From assembly GCA_963695875.1 (NCBI GenBank), contig CAVOID010000011.1, positions 224,001-288,000 of the forward strand: a stretch of 64,000 nt of DNA, in the 5' to 3' direction. This DNA is from an uncultured delta proteobacterium. Lineage in GTDB: Bacteria > Desulfobacterota > Syntrophia > Syntrophales > UBA2185. Positions 7,739-17,502 of this stretch are shown here, one piece after another; positions within the stretch are counted from its first letter, which is position 1; each line of letters begins with the position of its first letter. The notes beneath the pieces are model-generated. The model saw only the letters and a list, made by a program, of their open reading frames with translations, searched no databases and was not told where the DNA came from. Position numbers and translations under genes: made by a program.

Positions 7739-9328
7739 ATGGAAGAACGAAACATGAAAGAGCTGCCCATGTCCAGTGCATTCCTGGATCTGTGTAATGC
7801 AGTGACATCTCTCCCCTACAGGTTGATGGACATGAACATAAAAACGATCATGTCCTCGGCAGAACTAATGAAGGCAACCCAAGCATACGCGAATGGCCTT
7901 TACAGCTACTACTTCAACTTCATGGCTCCTTACTGGGTCGCGTTAAACTCCTTTCAAGCCATGGAGAAAGTAAAGCTCATCAATCATGGGCCTGATGAAA
8001 CAGCCAGGGATTATCTTGAGCTTTTCCGATTCAACCTCGAGATTGCAAAAAAGGGGTTACTCAGCACGCTGCGGACGGTGAATCATTTTCATGCCCGGGA
8101 ACTGGAAAGAACCATTTCGGCATGGATAAATACGGTCCTCGACCGAAAAGGAGAAGATATATCATCATACACGCAACGACTGTCCAGGCTCATGGAAATG
8201 CTGACCTATCATTACCCGGAAGTAATTCGCGACATCGAACCAGAATTCGGTTTCCATTTTGACGATGGCGGATATCTCAAGGTGGCTGAGACGGATCGCT
8301 TTTATCTCTATCAGGTTTTACCCTGGAAGAATAAGACGCGGGTGAGGCAGAAAAGCAAACCGATCCTCATTATTCCCCCCTATGTATTGGGCGCATCCAT
8401 TGTTGGCTTCTTGCCGGGCGAGGATAAAAGCTATACCCACTGCTTCGCGAACCAGGGCATTCCAACGTATATCCGGATTATGAAGGATATCAATACCACC
8501 CCGGCGGTGCAAATCACGACAGGAGAGGACGACTGCCTCGACACCCGACATTTCTGTGAAATCATTAAGGCAAGACATGGAAAACAGGTGACCCTGAACG
8601 GTTTCTGCCAGGGCGGTTTTGTTGCATTGCTAAGCTTGCTCTCCGGGAAACTGGACGGCCTGGTTGATGCCTTTATTACCTGTGTGGCGCCGATTGACGG
8701 CACACGCAGCACGGCACTCGTGGAGTACCTCGAACACATCCCGGACCGATTTAGGGATCTGGGGTATGCTTTGAAAGCCATGCCCAGCGGGAATCAGGTT
8801 GTTGATGGGAAGGTCATGAGCTGGGTTTACAAGCTGAAAAGCATGGAGCGAGAGGCGCCCATTTTTACGTTCTACCGTGATCTCAAGATGTTTGATGCAC
8901 CAAACGTCGATGAGGTGAAAATCAGCAAGACAGCTGCAGCTCTTAATTACTGGCTTACTTATGAACGCAATGATCTTCCCCGCGACATTTGCCAGTTGAG
9001 CTTTGACTCTTTTACAAAACCGATCACCAGTGATGGAACCCTGCCTGTTAAGCTCTTCGGGCAGGAACTGAACTTCAAGCGATTAAAAGAAATGAATATG
9101 AAGTGGCTCCTCTGCTATGCGGAGGAGGATGACCTCGTGGATAAAGAAGCTGCTCTGGCACCGCTGGATTATGTTGATGTGGAGGTTACGGTATTTCCCA
9201 AGGGTCACGGCGCCATTGCGACATCCTGGTCTCTCCCGACATCTGAATGCGCGCTCCATACATGTTTCCGAGGTGGATACCGTGGTCCAGTGCGCTACCA
9301 GTTAGACCTCGATAAGGGAACCGCGTGA
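7739..9328 (+). CDS. Divergent PHA synthase (PhaC)-like alpha/beta hydrolase
   Basis: PILIIPPY, Cys-lipase box GFCQGG, VAPID, Asp in EEDDLV and His in KGHGA; sits inside the PHA locus. Confidence 0.7.
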   Translation: MEERNMKELPMSSAFLDLCNAVTSLPYRLMDMNIKTIMSSAELMKATQAYANGLYSYYFNFMAPYWVALNSFQAMEKVKLINHGPDETARDYLELFRFNLEIAKKGLLSTLRTVNHFHARELERTISAWINTVLDRKGEDISSYTQRLSRLMEMLTYHYPEVIRDIEPEFGFHFDDGGYLKVAETDRFYLYQVLPWKNKTRVRQKSKPILIIPPYVLGASIVGFLPGEDKSYTHCFANQGIPTYIRIMKDINTTPAVQITTGEDDCLDTRHFCEIIKARHGKQVTLNGFCQGGFVALLSLLSGKLDGLVDAFITCVAPIDGTRSTALVEYLEHIPDRFRDLGYALKAMPSGNQVVDGKVMSWVYKLKSMEREAPIFTFYRDLKMFDAPNVDEVKISKTAAALNYWLTYERNDLPRDICQLSFDSFTKPITSDGTLPVKLFGQELNFKRLKEMNMKWLLCYAEEDDLVDKEAALAPLDYVDVEVTVFPKGHGAIATSWSLPTSECALHTCFRGGYRGPVRYQLDLDKGTA

Positions 9329-9428
9329 TTGAACCTGTGACGGTTTACCTGAGGGCCCCGGTTCCATTGCGTTGCCGGGCTTGGTTTATCCAGGAACGGA
9401 ACATGCCTGGCATTTTTGAACAGGAGAA

Positions 9429-9932
9429 ATGGTGATGGACAAAAAATTCCTTGAATTCTGGGGGACTTTCCTGCTGAATGCAGCCAAGGGACAGGAGCAT
9501 CTGGAGAACATGACCCAATGGTTCAGCGAGGGTTTCAAAGGCTTTGAGCAGCAAATGAGTCTTTTCCGGAAGTGCTATGGCCTCGACCGTGAACCCGAAT
9601 CGTCTCCCAATTACATGAAGATGTGGTCAAAGGCAACATCTGATTTTCAGAATTCCTATAAGGAATTACTGGGCCTTATGGGATTGGTTCCAAAAGAGGA
9701 ATATCTTACCCTGGCAGAAAAATATGAAGCATTGAAGGAAAAGCTCGCTTCCCAGGATGAAACGATCCGTCATCTGAAGATGAAGAGCACTGCAGGGGAC
9801 ATCGATCAGGGCGAGGTCGTAAAGGGATTCGAGGTGCTTATGAAAAACCAGGCCGAGCAGTTCCAGGAAGTGATGAAGTCCTTTGGTCAACTCTATAAGG
9901 AACCCCAGAAGAAAAAGAACACGAAAAAATAA
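9429..9932 (+). CDS. Coiled-coil hypothetical protein, possibly granule-associated or PhaE-like
   Basis: Trp-rich helical N-terminus and LGLVPKEEY..L.EKYEALKEKL coiled coil; PHA context. Confidence 0.6.
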   Translation: MVMDKKFLEFWGTFLLNAAKGQEHLENMTQWFSEGFKGFEQQMSLFRKCYGLDREPESSPNYMKMWSKATSDFQNSYKELLGLMGLVPKEEYLTLAEKYEALKEKLASQDETIRHLKMKSTAGDIDQGEVVKGFEVLMKNQAEQFQEVMKSFGQLYKEPQKKKNTKK

Positions 9933-10312
9933 TTTAATGTTTCACCCGGAAATGCCATAAGAATTATGAATCAAAGAACAAGACACCGGGTGCAGAGTAA
10001 GGATTCGGGTACTGATCCGGACTTCCAATTTCTGAATATATACTTTACGCCGCCGGCGTGTTTCCCAGGAAGAAAGAAACATGATTCGGTGGGTGCTCCA
10101 CATCTTCCTCCATCTCAAAGTGCGTAACTGCGGACGTCGCTCCAGCTACTATGAAATTCAATCGAATCTGTCAACGCCAACCCTGAACATTCGAATTCGG
10201 ATATTGATCATTCTTCAAGATTAACGTTTCTCAAAAACGCAGCCGTTCAGAAGAGTCTGTATTTCTGATATGTACTACAAAATAAACATCTCATTAAAAA
10301 AAGAGGGGAAAC

Positions 10313-11218
10313 ATGAATAAGGAAGAAAAAGAAAAGAGTATGCCACAAGACGCCCTCCTTGAATCCTGGATCAAGACTTCCACGGATTTATGGAAATCTA
10401 CAGCATCCATGTGGCCCGCCCCCTTTGGGGGGATTTCACCGGTACCTGGCGAAGCAGGGAAAGAAGGGGGGGATAAAAGCACCGAGGATTCATGGAACAT
10501 GCTTTCTGAAATATGGCAGGTGCTTTTCAACCTCATCAACAAACCCGTGACGGGCGAATTTCACCCTTTAAACTCTCTCCCCGAATGGATGCTGAAGGCC
10601 TCCCAGCCCCTGTGGTCCGGATATCTTCTGTTCCAGAAACAGTGGATGGAGGGGGAGGAAAAAGTCTCCGCGGGGGAGCTTGAAGGCTTTGCAAACATGG
10701 CCCAGAAAATGAAGAAGGCGTGGCTTGAAATGTACGAAAAGGAGTTCGGGCAAATCCTGAAAATGCCTCAGCTGGGACTGACACGTTTCTACCAGGAGAG
10801 GATGAACCAAACTATTGAAAAATTTACCCAGTTTCAGGGAGCGTTGACCGAATTCATGCAGATTTTATTAATTCCTATGGAGAAAGCCTATAATGAGGTG
10901 GGGACGGAAATTAAAAATTTAGAGAAACAGGGAAAAGAGGCTCTCAAGGATTCCAAGGCATATTATCAATTCTGGATTAAAAAAATGGAAGAGAACTATA
11001 TGGTTCTCCTAAAGTCTCCCGAATATACCGAAACACTGGGGAATACCGTAAAAGCCCTGCACGATTTCCGTATAGTGAGATCGCATCTTTTCATGGATAT
11101 CTTGCAGGACTTACCCATCCCGACAAACAAGGACATGGATGAACTTTACAAGGATCTGTACCTTTTGAAAAAACGGGTCAAAGAACTCGAGAAGAAGGTG
11201 AAGAGCTATGAAAGATGA
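10313..11218 (+). CDS. phaE: Class III PHA synthase subunit PhaE
   Basis: PQLGLTRFYQE, YQFWIK..EE.Y and LPIPTNKDMDELYKDLYLLKKRVKELEK motifs; overlaps the phaC start. Confidence 0.9.
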   Translation: MNKEEKEKSMPQDALLESWIKTSTDLWKSTASMWPAPFGGISPVPGEAGKEGGDKSTEDSWNMLSEIWQVLFNLINKPVTGEFHPLNSLPEWMLKASQPLWSGYLLFQKQWMEGEEKVSAGELEGFANMAQKMKKAWLEMYEKEFGQILKMPQLGLTRFYQERMNQTIEKFTQFQGALTEFMQILLIPMEKAYNEVGTEIKNLEKQGKEALKDSKAYYQFWIKKMEENYMVLLKSPEYTETLGNTVKALHDFRIVRSHLFMDILQDLPIPTNKDMDELYKDLYLLKKRVKELEKKVKSYER

Positions 11219-12407
11219 AAAGCAAGTCAATCTAAGCGATATGATGGGTCCTTTCAAAATGGCCGGCGATCTTATTTTTGCGGGGCTGGCAGGGGATACG
11301 GCCAAGCTCTACAATTATTTAAGAGATGCCCGGAATGTGCTGCTCAGTCCGATGAAAACGGACATCGCCACGACCCCTTACGAAGTGGTTTACGAGGAAG
11401 ACCGGGTAAAGTTGAAATACTACAAGCCTGACACGGAAACCCGGCTCAAGCATCCCTTCCTCATTGTTTATGCCCAGGTAAATCGAGAGACCATGCTGGA
11501 TCTCCAGCCGGGAAGAAGCGTTGTGGAGACATTCCTCAGGGCGGGGCTCGATTTTTACATGATTGACTGGGGGTACCCGACCCGGAAGGACCGGTACCTT
11601 ACCCTTGATGATCATATCAACGGATATATTGACAATATCGTGGATTTTATTCTCGAGAAGCACAATATTTCCAGCCTTCACCTGATGGGCATCTGTCAGG
11701 GAGGAACTTTCTGTGTCATCTATGCAGCTTTGCACCCAGAGAAGATTAAGAACTTCGTAACCACCGTGACGCCAACCAACTTTGACACGGACGCAAGCCT
11801 CTTAAATATCTGGGCAAGGTCCCTCAATCCGGATGAACTGGTGGAGGCTTATGGAAATATCCCAGGAGACATCATGAATCTCGGATTTCTCCTCCTCAAT
11901 CCGGCCCGCCTGATGATTGACAAATATGTAGGCTTTCTCGAGAATGTGAATAACTTTGATTTCGTGGAGAACTTTGTCCGCATGGAGAGATGGATCTTCG
12001 ACAGTCCCGACTTACCGGCGGAGACATTCCGGGAATTCATCACGAATTTCTATAAAAAGAACCTTCTGATAAAAAACGAGTTGGAAGTTGGCGGCAAGAA
12101 GGTGGATCTCAAGAAGATCACCATGCCTGTGTTAAACATCTATGGGAAGTACGATCACCTTGTCCCGCCCGCCGCGTGCGATCAGTTCATCGGTAAAATT
12201 GGAAGCAAAGACAAGGAAGATCTCTGCCTCGACACGGGGCACATCGGCATCTATGTCAGTTCGAAAACTCAGAAAGAGTTTGGACCGAAGATTATCCGCT
12301 GGCTGCTGGAAAGGGACGGTGTGGTAGAAAAGGCACCGCAAAAGCCGGTGGCCAAGAAGCCTGTTGCGAAGAAGAGTCAGGCCAAGGCGAAGGCGCCAGG
12401 CAAATAG
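11208..12407 (+). CDS. phaC: Class III PHA synthase subunit PhaC
   Basis: TPYEVVYEED, LDLQPGRS, IDWGYP, GICQGG, MERWIFDSPD, DHLVPP and TGHIG motifs. Confidence 0.95.
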   Translation: MKDEKQVNLSDMMGPFKMAGDLIFAGLAGDTAKLYNYLRDARNVLLSPMKTDIATTPYEVVYEEDRVKLKYYKPDTETRLKHPFLIVYAQVNRETMLDLQPGRSVVETFLRAGLDFYMIDWGYPTRKDRYLTLDDHINGYIDNIVDFILEKHNISSLHLMGICQGGTFCVIYAALHPEKIKNFVTTVTPTNFDTDASLLNIWARSLNPDELVEAYGNIPGDIMNLGFLLLNPARLMIDKYVGFLENVNNFDFVENFVRMERWIFDSPDLPAETFREFITNFYKKNLLIKNELEVGGKKVDLKKITMPVLNIYGKYDHLVPPAACDQFIGKIGSKDKEDLCLDTGHIGIYVSSKTQKEFGPKIIRWLLERDGVVEKAPQKPVAKKPVAKKSQAKAKAPGK

Positions 12408-12441
12408 AAATTCCAAAAAGTGAGGAGAAGGGGAGAACCAT

Positions 12442-13488
12442 ATGGCTGAAAAAAATGACTATTTCAAAGCGATGAGTAAAATTTGTAAGGCTTTCGGACT
12501 GACGGGGGACAGGGATGAACTCCTCAATCTCGTTGTTCTGAGTGCCGTGGAAACGATTAAAGCCAAGGCAGCATGCCTCTATATGAAAGGCAAGGAGAAA
12601 AATAAATATGTAGTCGTTGCTCAGACAGGACTTTCCAAGAACTACCTTCAGGCGGCACAGAAGCGTGTCGGGCACGTCATGAAGCTTCTAAAAGAAAAGG
12701 ACTATATTCATTATCGTGACGCGAAGACAGATCTCAGGCTCCCGAACCATGAATCTATCATCTCTGAGGGAATCGGTTCCATTTTAATTGTTCCGGTCAT
12801 GGTAAAGGGGCAGATGATTGGTAGCCTCGCCCTTTACACATCCGACATCAAAGACTTTTCCAAAAAGGAGATTGAATTTCTCTCCATCCTTGCCGAACAG
12901 GGAGGCACAGCCATTGAAAATACTAGCTTGATAGAAAAAATGAGAGAACAGACGAGAATTTTCCTCGAACTTGCCGCGAGTATTATGGAGAGTCAGGATA
13001 TAAAGAAGATTTTGCATACGTTGACTGCTGATGTTGCAAAGGCTATCGGAGTAAAAGCAGCCTCCATTCGCCTCCTGGATGATGCTAAGGTCACATTGAA
13101 ACTCGCTGCGAGCTTTGGTCTTTCCGAAAAGTATATCAACAAGGGACCCATATCAGCGGAAAAAAGTATCGCAGAGGCACTCAAGGGGAAGCCGGTTGTC
13201 GTCAAAGACGCTGCGAAAGACGGTGGTGTCCAGTACAGGGAAGAAAAGAAAGAAGAGGGGATTGTTTCCATTCTCTGTGTTCCCATCAAGTCGAAGGAGG
13301 AAGTATTCGGTGTCCTTCGGCTGTACACTGAAACGGAGCGGGAGTTCACGGATGATGAAATCCAGTTCGTGACGGCGCTTGCCTATCTGGGAGGTGTGGC
13401 CATTCAGAACGTAAACCTCTATTCGATGTTGAAGAGCGACATCAAAGATCTGAGAGACGATTTCTGGATATTCAAGTCTTGGTTTTAA
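12442..13488 (+). CDS. Tandem GAF-domain protein without output domain
   Basis: Two repeats, each with GLS..Y and EGI.SIL.VP.......G.L.LYT.....F...EI.F...LA..GG.AI.N. Confidence 0.85.
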   Translation: MAEKNDYFKAMSKICKAFGLTGDRDELLNLVVLSAVETIKAKAACLYMKGKEKNKYVVVAQTGLSKNYLQAAQKRVGHVMKLLKEKDYIHYRDAKTDLRLPNHESIISEGIGSILIVPVMVKGQMIGSLALYTSDIKDFSKKEIEFLSILAEQGGTAIENTSLIEKMREQTRIFLELAASIMESQDIKKILHTLTADVAKAIGVKAASIRLLDDAKVTLKLAASFGLSEKYINKGPISAEKSIAEALKGKPVVVKDAAKDGGVQYREEKKEEGIVSILCVPIKSKEEVFGVLRLYTETEREFTDDEIQFVTALAYLGGVAIQNVNLYSMLKSDIKDLRDDFWIFKSWF

Positions 13489-13517
13489 TGCAGAGATCAG
13501 ATAAAAGGAGGGTACTT

Positions 13518-13946
13518 ATGATCGGAAAAACAATGAACGAGCTGAACGTCGGAGACGCGGCTGAATTTTCCAAGACCGTCTCCGAAGCCGACGTTTACCT
13601 CTTCGCCGGCGTAACCGGCGACCTGAACCCGGCCCATATCAATGAGGCATACGCGCAGAAGACCTTCTTCAAGACGCGGATTGCTCATGGCATGCTTTCG
13701 GCAGGTTTTATATCGGCCGTCCTCGGCAACCAACTTCCGGGACCCGGCACCATATACATTCGACAGGAACTCAATTTCCTGGCACCGGTGCGGATCAGGG
13801 ACACCGTCACGGCCCGGGTCGAGGTCATAGAAAAGATCACAGAAAAAAACCGTGTCAGGTTCCGGACGACATGCGTAAACCAGGAGGGTACAATGATCAC
13901 GGATGGGGAAGCCCTCGTAAGTCCTCCAAAGGATCTAAAATCCTGA
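13518..13946 (+). CDS. phaJ: MaoC-family (R)-specific enoyl-CoA hydratase
   Basis: FAGVTGDLNPAH, RIAHGML and LPGPGTIY motifs; last gene of the PHA locus; RBS before ATG 13518. Confidence 0.85.
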   Translation: MIGKTMNELNVGDAAEFSKTVSEADVYLFAGVTGDLNPAHINEAYAQKTFFKTRIAHGMLSAGFISAVLGNQLPGPGTIYIRQELNFLAPVRIRDTVTARVEVIEKITEKNRVRFRTTCVNQEGTMITDGEALVSPPKDLKS

Positions 13947-13968
13947 TATGATATCCTGTTTCATTTGA

Positions 13969-14100
13969 GTCGAGTAGGCCGGTTTCTCCCGATACTGCAG
14001 GTTAAGGTTTGTTTTCTCCGTTTGCCGCCTGGTTTCCCGGCGGTGCCACAATATTTCAACCATATATCCGTTGGCCCCAGCCCCTCATAAAACGGTTATC
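13969..14100 (-). ncRNA. Group II intron 3' remnant (extended domain VI, eroded domain V)
   Basis: Minus strand reads ...GTTTTATGAGGGGCTGGGG...GGCACCGCCGGGAAACCAGGCGGC...GGCCTACTCGAC, ending in an intron-type CTACTCGAC; recognised from memory of such introns. Confidence 0.6.
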
Positions 14101-14187
14101 CAAATTTCCATCATGCATATCATAGTGATCGAGGAATTAACATCAATGATTTCAGGTTGATCTTTACCCAAAAAAGTGGACACCCAG

Positions 14188-15050
14188 TTAAGCTTCACAT
14201 GCTTTCTTTTCGAACTCAACAGGAGAACAATAATTAAGCGAGGAGTGTCTTCTGACCCGGTTATAAAATACTTCGATGTATTCAAAAACACTTCCGTGAG
14301 CCTCCCGTCTCGTCCGATATTTCTCAAAGTAAATGAGCTCCGTTTTCAACGTATGAAAGAACGATTCCATTATGGCATTGTCGTAACAATTACCCGACGA
14401 ACTCATGCTCTGTAAAAAACCGCATCGATCCATCAGATCCCGAAAGGCATAACTGGCATACTGAGTCCCCCGATCGGAATGGAATATCAGACCAGCATCG
14501 GGTTTCCTCTCCCTGAGCGCCTTGTGCAGGGCATCAGCAAGAATTCCATGATTTAACCTGTCACTCATCGACCATCCAACAATCTGCCGGTTGAAGGCAT
14601 CAAGGATCGCTGCCAGATACATCCAGCCTTCCTTTGTCCAGATAAAGGTAATGTCAGAGAACCAGACCTCGTTGGCAGCATCTGTCGAAAACTTCCGCTT
14701 CAGAAGATTCTCAGCCACCAGCAGATCGTGACGGGATTTCGTCGTTGCCTGTGAACCTGCGTTTTGTTTTTGCCTTTATCCCATTCTCTTTCATCAGCCG
14801 GGCAATGCGATTCTTCCCGCACTGAATCCCGTTATCCCTGAGTTCCGCTGTGATCCGGGGACTTCCATAGGTCCCACGACCCCTTATGTAAGCCTGCTGA
14901 ATATACAACAGCAACCGCTCATTCTCCTTCTGGCGGAAACTTGTGTTATGCTTTGCCCATGAATAATAACCGCTCCTGGATACATCCAACACCTGGCACA
15001 TCTTCTTCACCGCAAATTCGGAACGGTGTTTGTCAATGAACTGATATCTT
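14188..15050 (-). pseudogene. IS3 OrfB DDE transposase split by a +1 frameshift near 14750
   Basis: VSRSGYY and [10 protein letters not shown] in one frame; WFSDITFI, HSDRGTQY, NCYDNAIMESFF and YNRVRRHSSL in another. Removing one base gives [20 protein letters not shown]. Confidence 0.85.
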
Positions 15051-15351
15051 ACCTTGGGTGCTTTGAGAAGATGGCCAAGGCTTTTTTTAAGATCTCCTTC
15101 TCCTCCTTTAAATCTTCATTCTCCCGCTGTAACCGTCGTATCTCTTCCTCCGGGGACTTCATATGACCCTTCCCAGGAAAGGCATGCTCCATATCCGCTC
15201 GATATTTGCGCCTCCACTGATGAAGTACATTCGGATGAATATCCAAATCCTTGGCTATGTCTCTCACAGAACGCTTACCCTCATCCATCAAGCGAATAGT
15301 CTCATACTTGAACTCCCGATCAAAATACCTCTTGTCCTTACTCGCAACCAT
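15049..15351 (-). CDS. IS3 OrfA (HTH plus leucine zipper)
   Basis: [18 protein letters not shown] and [23 protein letters not shown] motifs; A7G slippery site near 15080-15090. Confidence 0.9.
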   Translation of the reverse strand: MVASKDKRYFDREFKYETIRLMDEGKRSVRDIAKDLDIHPNVLHQWRRKYRADMEHAFPGKGHMKSPEEEIRRLQRENEDLKEEKEILKKALAIFSKHPR

Positions 15352-15749
15352 GACACACCCCCATCTTCTCTTTAATAACTGAAACTCTTCGGTGTGTCCA
15401 CTAAATCGGGGGAAGACCAGCTTGTAACCCTCAAAACATCTTTTCTAGCCATAATTAGCTCTATAGTTTCCCAAAAATTCCTTGACAATCCTGCGAATAA
15501 GCTTAAACTACTAGATATTATAGATATTTTCAGTTAATTCGTTAAAATTTCAAACCAACCACCTGGATAGATCTGACTACAGCACGTGCTCTCTTTCTCT
15601 GAAGCACGAGAAAGCCAGTGAGTGCATCTCCCATGCAATTGAGGACTTTGAAAAGTGCGAGGCGGATGTCTTCCTGAAACAAGCAAAGGAAACATTGGCG
15701 GATTTGGGTTAAACTATCATTCCGCTATTCCAATATGAAGGAGGAAATC

Positions 15750-16142
15750 ATGAACCGAAAATCATATTACAAATGGTTATTCATTATTGGTGCCCTATGG
15801 AACTGGGGAGCAGCCGTATTATTTTCATTTTGGCATGATCCAATTTTTGCCCGGTTCGGTTTGAAGGCTCTAAATTATCCCGCCGTCATGCAACTGGCTA
15901 TGGCGTTGGTGTTTGCTTTCGGTATCGGGTATTACTGGGTTTCAAAAGACCTCTCTACGAATCATGACATCGTAAAGTTGGGAATCATCGCCAAGACACT
16001 CGTGTTTGTAGTGCTGTTTTACCATTACCTTGTCGGGAACATTCCTCTGGCACTGGCTTCATGTGGTGTGGTTGACCTTATTTTTGCGATTCTTTTCATG
16101 GAATTTTTAAAGAGTGTAGCTAGTGTTAAGGTATGTTCATAG
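15750..16142 (+). CDS. Small multi-pass membrane protein
   Basis: About 4 hydrophobic segments; GGAGG RBS before ATG 15750. Confidence 0.75.
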   Translation: MNRKSYYKWLFIIGALWNWGAAVLFSFWHDPIFARFGLKALNYPAVMQLAMALVFAFGIGYYWVSKDLSTNHDIVKLGIIAKTLVFVVLFYHYLVGNIPLALASCGVVDLIFAILFMEFLKSVASVKVCS

Positions 16143-16244
16143 GTGTAATAGTTGCCAGTAAAAAAGTGGAATGGCCCCTGTATGTTTCTGGTACACATAT
16201 TCCCTGTGTAAAAGTACAAGCAAATAAAAAAGGAGGACACGAAC

Positions 16245-16379
16245 GTGAAGAAAAATAATTTACTGCTCATTGCGATTGCGTCATTTCTTTTACTGCCGGT
16301 GATTGGTCAGGCGAGGGCGATTTTAGGGTATCTGGTTTATCGTAACAAAAAACGTAAAGAAAAAGATCACGGGGAGTGA
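16245..16379 (+). CDS. 44-aa ORF: signal-peptide-like start joined to a basic tail (possible deletion remnant)
   Basis: AAGGAGG RBS, GTG start, MKKNNLLLIAIASFLLLPVIGQARAILGYLVYRNKKRKEKDHGE*. Confidence 0.4.
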   Translation: MKKNNLLLIAIASFLLLPVIGQARAILGYLVYRNKKRKEKDHGE

Positions 16380-16684
16380 CCTGCCCACCAAATATGTACC
16401 TACCACATTAAAAGTTAGAATTCTCTGTTTTTCAATTGTTTCTATTTGAAATAGTGCATATGGAAGGAAATATCATTTTCATTGATAACAGGAAGAACGA
16501 GATAAAAAGGAAGTTGTTGAGTTCACCTACGAGTCCTTGAACCCGGCTTAACGATAAAAGTGAAGATTACCGATACAAAGCTCGTATTCTCGACTTGATT
16601 GTTATATTCGATTTGCAATCACCCATTTTCATACATTTTTCTTGATATAACGATAGGTCAGTGTATTATAATTGCAGGCATCGA

Positions 16685-16828
16685 ATGAACCGTCCGTATC
16701 GACCTGCTTTGGGAATCGATGCAGCATTAGATGAGATTGCCAAGAACAAGAGTATACTCTATGACCCTGAAGTAGTGGATGCATGCTTGCAGATTTTCAA
16801 TGAGAAGGGCTATAAGCTGGTAGATTGA
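16685..16828 (+). pseudogene. C-terminal fragment of an HD-GYP phosphodiesterase
   Basis: RPYRPALGIDAALDEIAKNKSILYDPEVVDACLQIF with no upstream HD domain. Confidence 0.75.
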
Positions 16829-16987
16829 CGATTACCATCGGAGAGAGAGCAGCTGTTTCAAAATCTTGGGATTCTCCATTTCAGGAAGGTCGTGAATAAG
16901 ATACAATCAATCGGATTTACTGATATTATTTGTCAACCATGTGGCGTCCCAAAAATGAGTATCACGTTGGATTAGAAAGGAGTCGAT

Positions 16988-17185
16988 ATGCATAATAGCA
17001 TCATAAGGGTAACAGGGATAGTATTGCTGTGCGTAATGGCGCTGTTATGTCAGTCATGCGCAACTTTAAAATGCGAAACAGAAAGACAATCATGTAAATG
17101 GGATTGTCCACAGACAGTGGTAATAAAGCAAGCTTGCGAACAAGCGTGTAACATTTCATATGACATTTGCAGAAGCAAAGAATGA
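16988..17185 (+). CDS. Small Cys-rich secreted protein or lipoprotein
   Basis: AAGGAG RBS, hydrophobic N-terminus ending LLCQSC, six regularly spaced Cys after it. Confidence 0.65.
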   Translation: MHNSIIRVTGIVLLCVMALLCQSCATLKCETERQSCKWDCPQTVVIKQACEQACNISYDICRSKE

Positions 17186-17502
17186 AAGAGGAATTGGGTC
17201 GCATTGGAACAACCCGACATTTGAGATGCGCACACTTTTTTACCGTAAGGCAGGATTAATGGATCTCAGCGTAGGGTAAGGTGAGCATCTGAACACCGGT
17301 AATTAAACATGATCACTTAATCTCTGCCATGCCCGTGTTCGCTGCATACTTAGGTTGTGCTTTGCCATATTTGGTAGCCGGTGTAATAACTCTGCGTTAC
17401 AGACGGAAAGAAAGCAATTCTGCAAATCACTTGGCGGATCTCTGTTGATTTGGCCCTTTTCGGCATATTTCAGACATGCCTCACCGGCAAATTTCGAAGG
17501 CG

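Larger units (their letters stand above)
14158..15419 (-). mobile_element. IS3-family insertion sequence (1262 bp)
   Basis: TG...CA ends with imperfect IRs TGATCTTTACCCAAAAAAGTGGACAC and TGGTCTTCCCCCGATTTAGTGGACAC; orfA/orfB layout; no clean target duplication. Confidence 0.92.
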
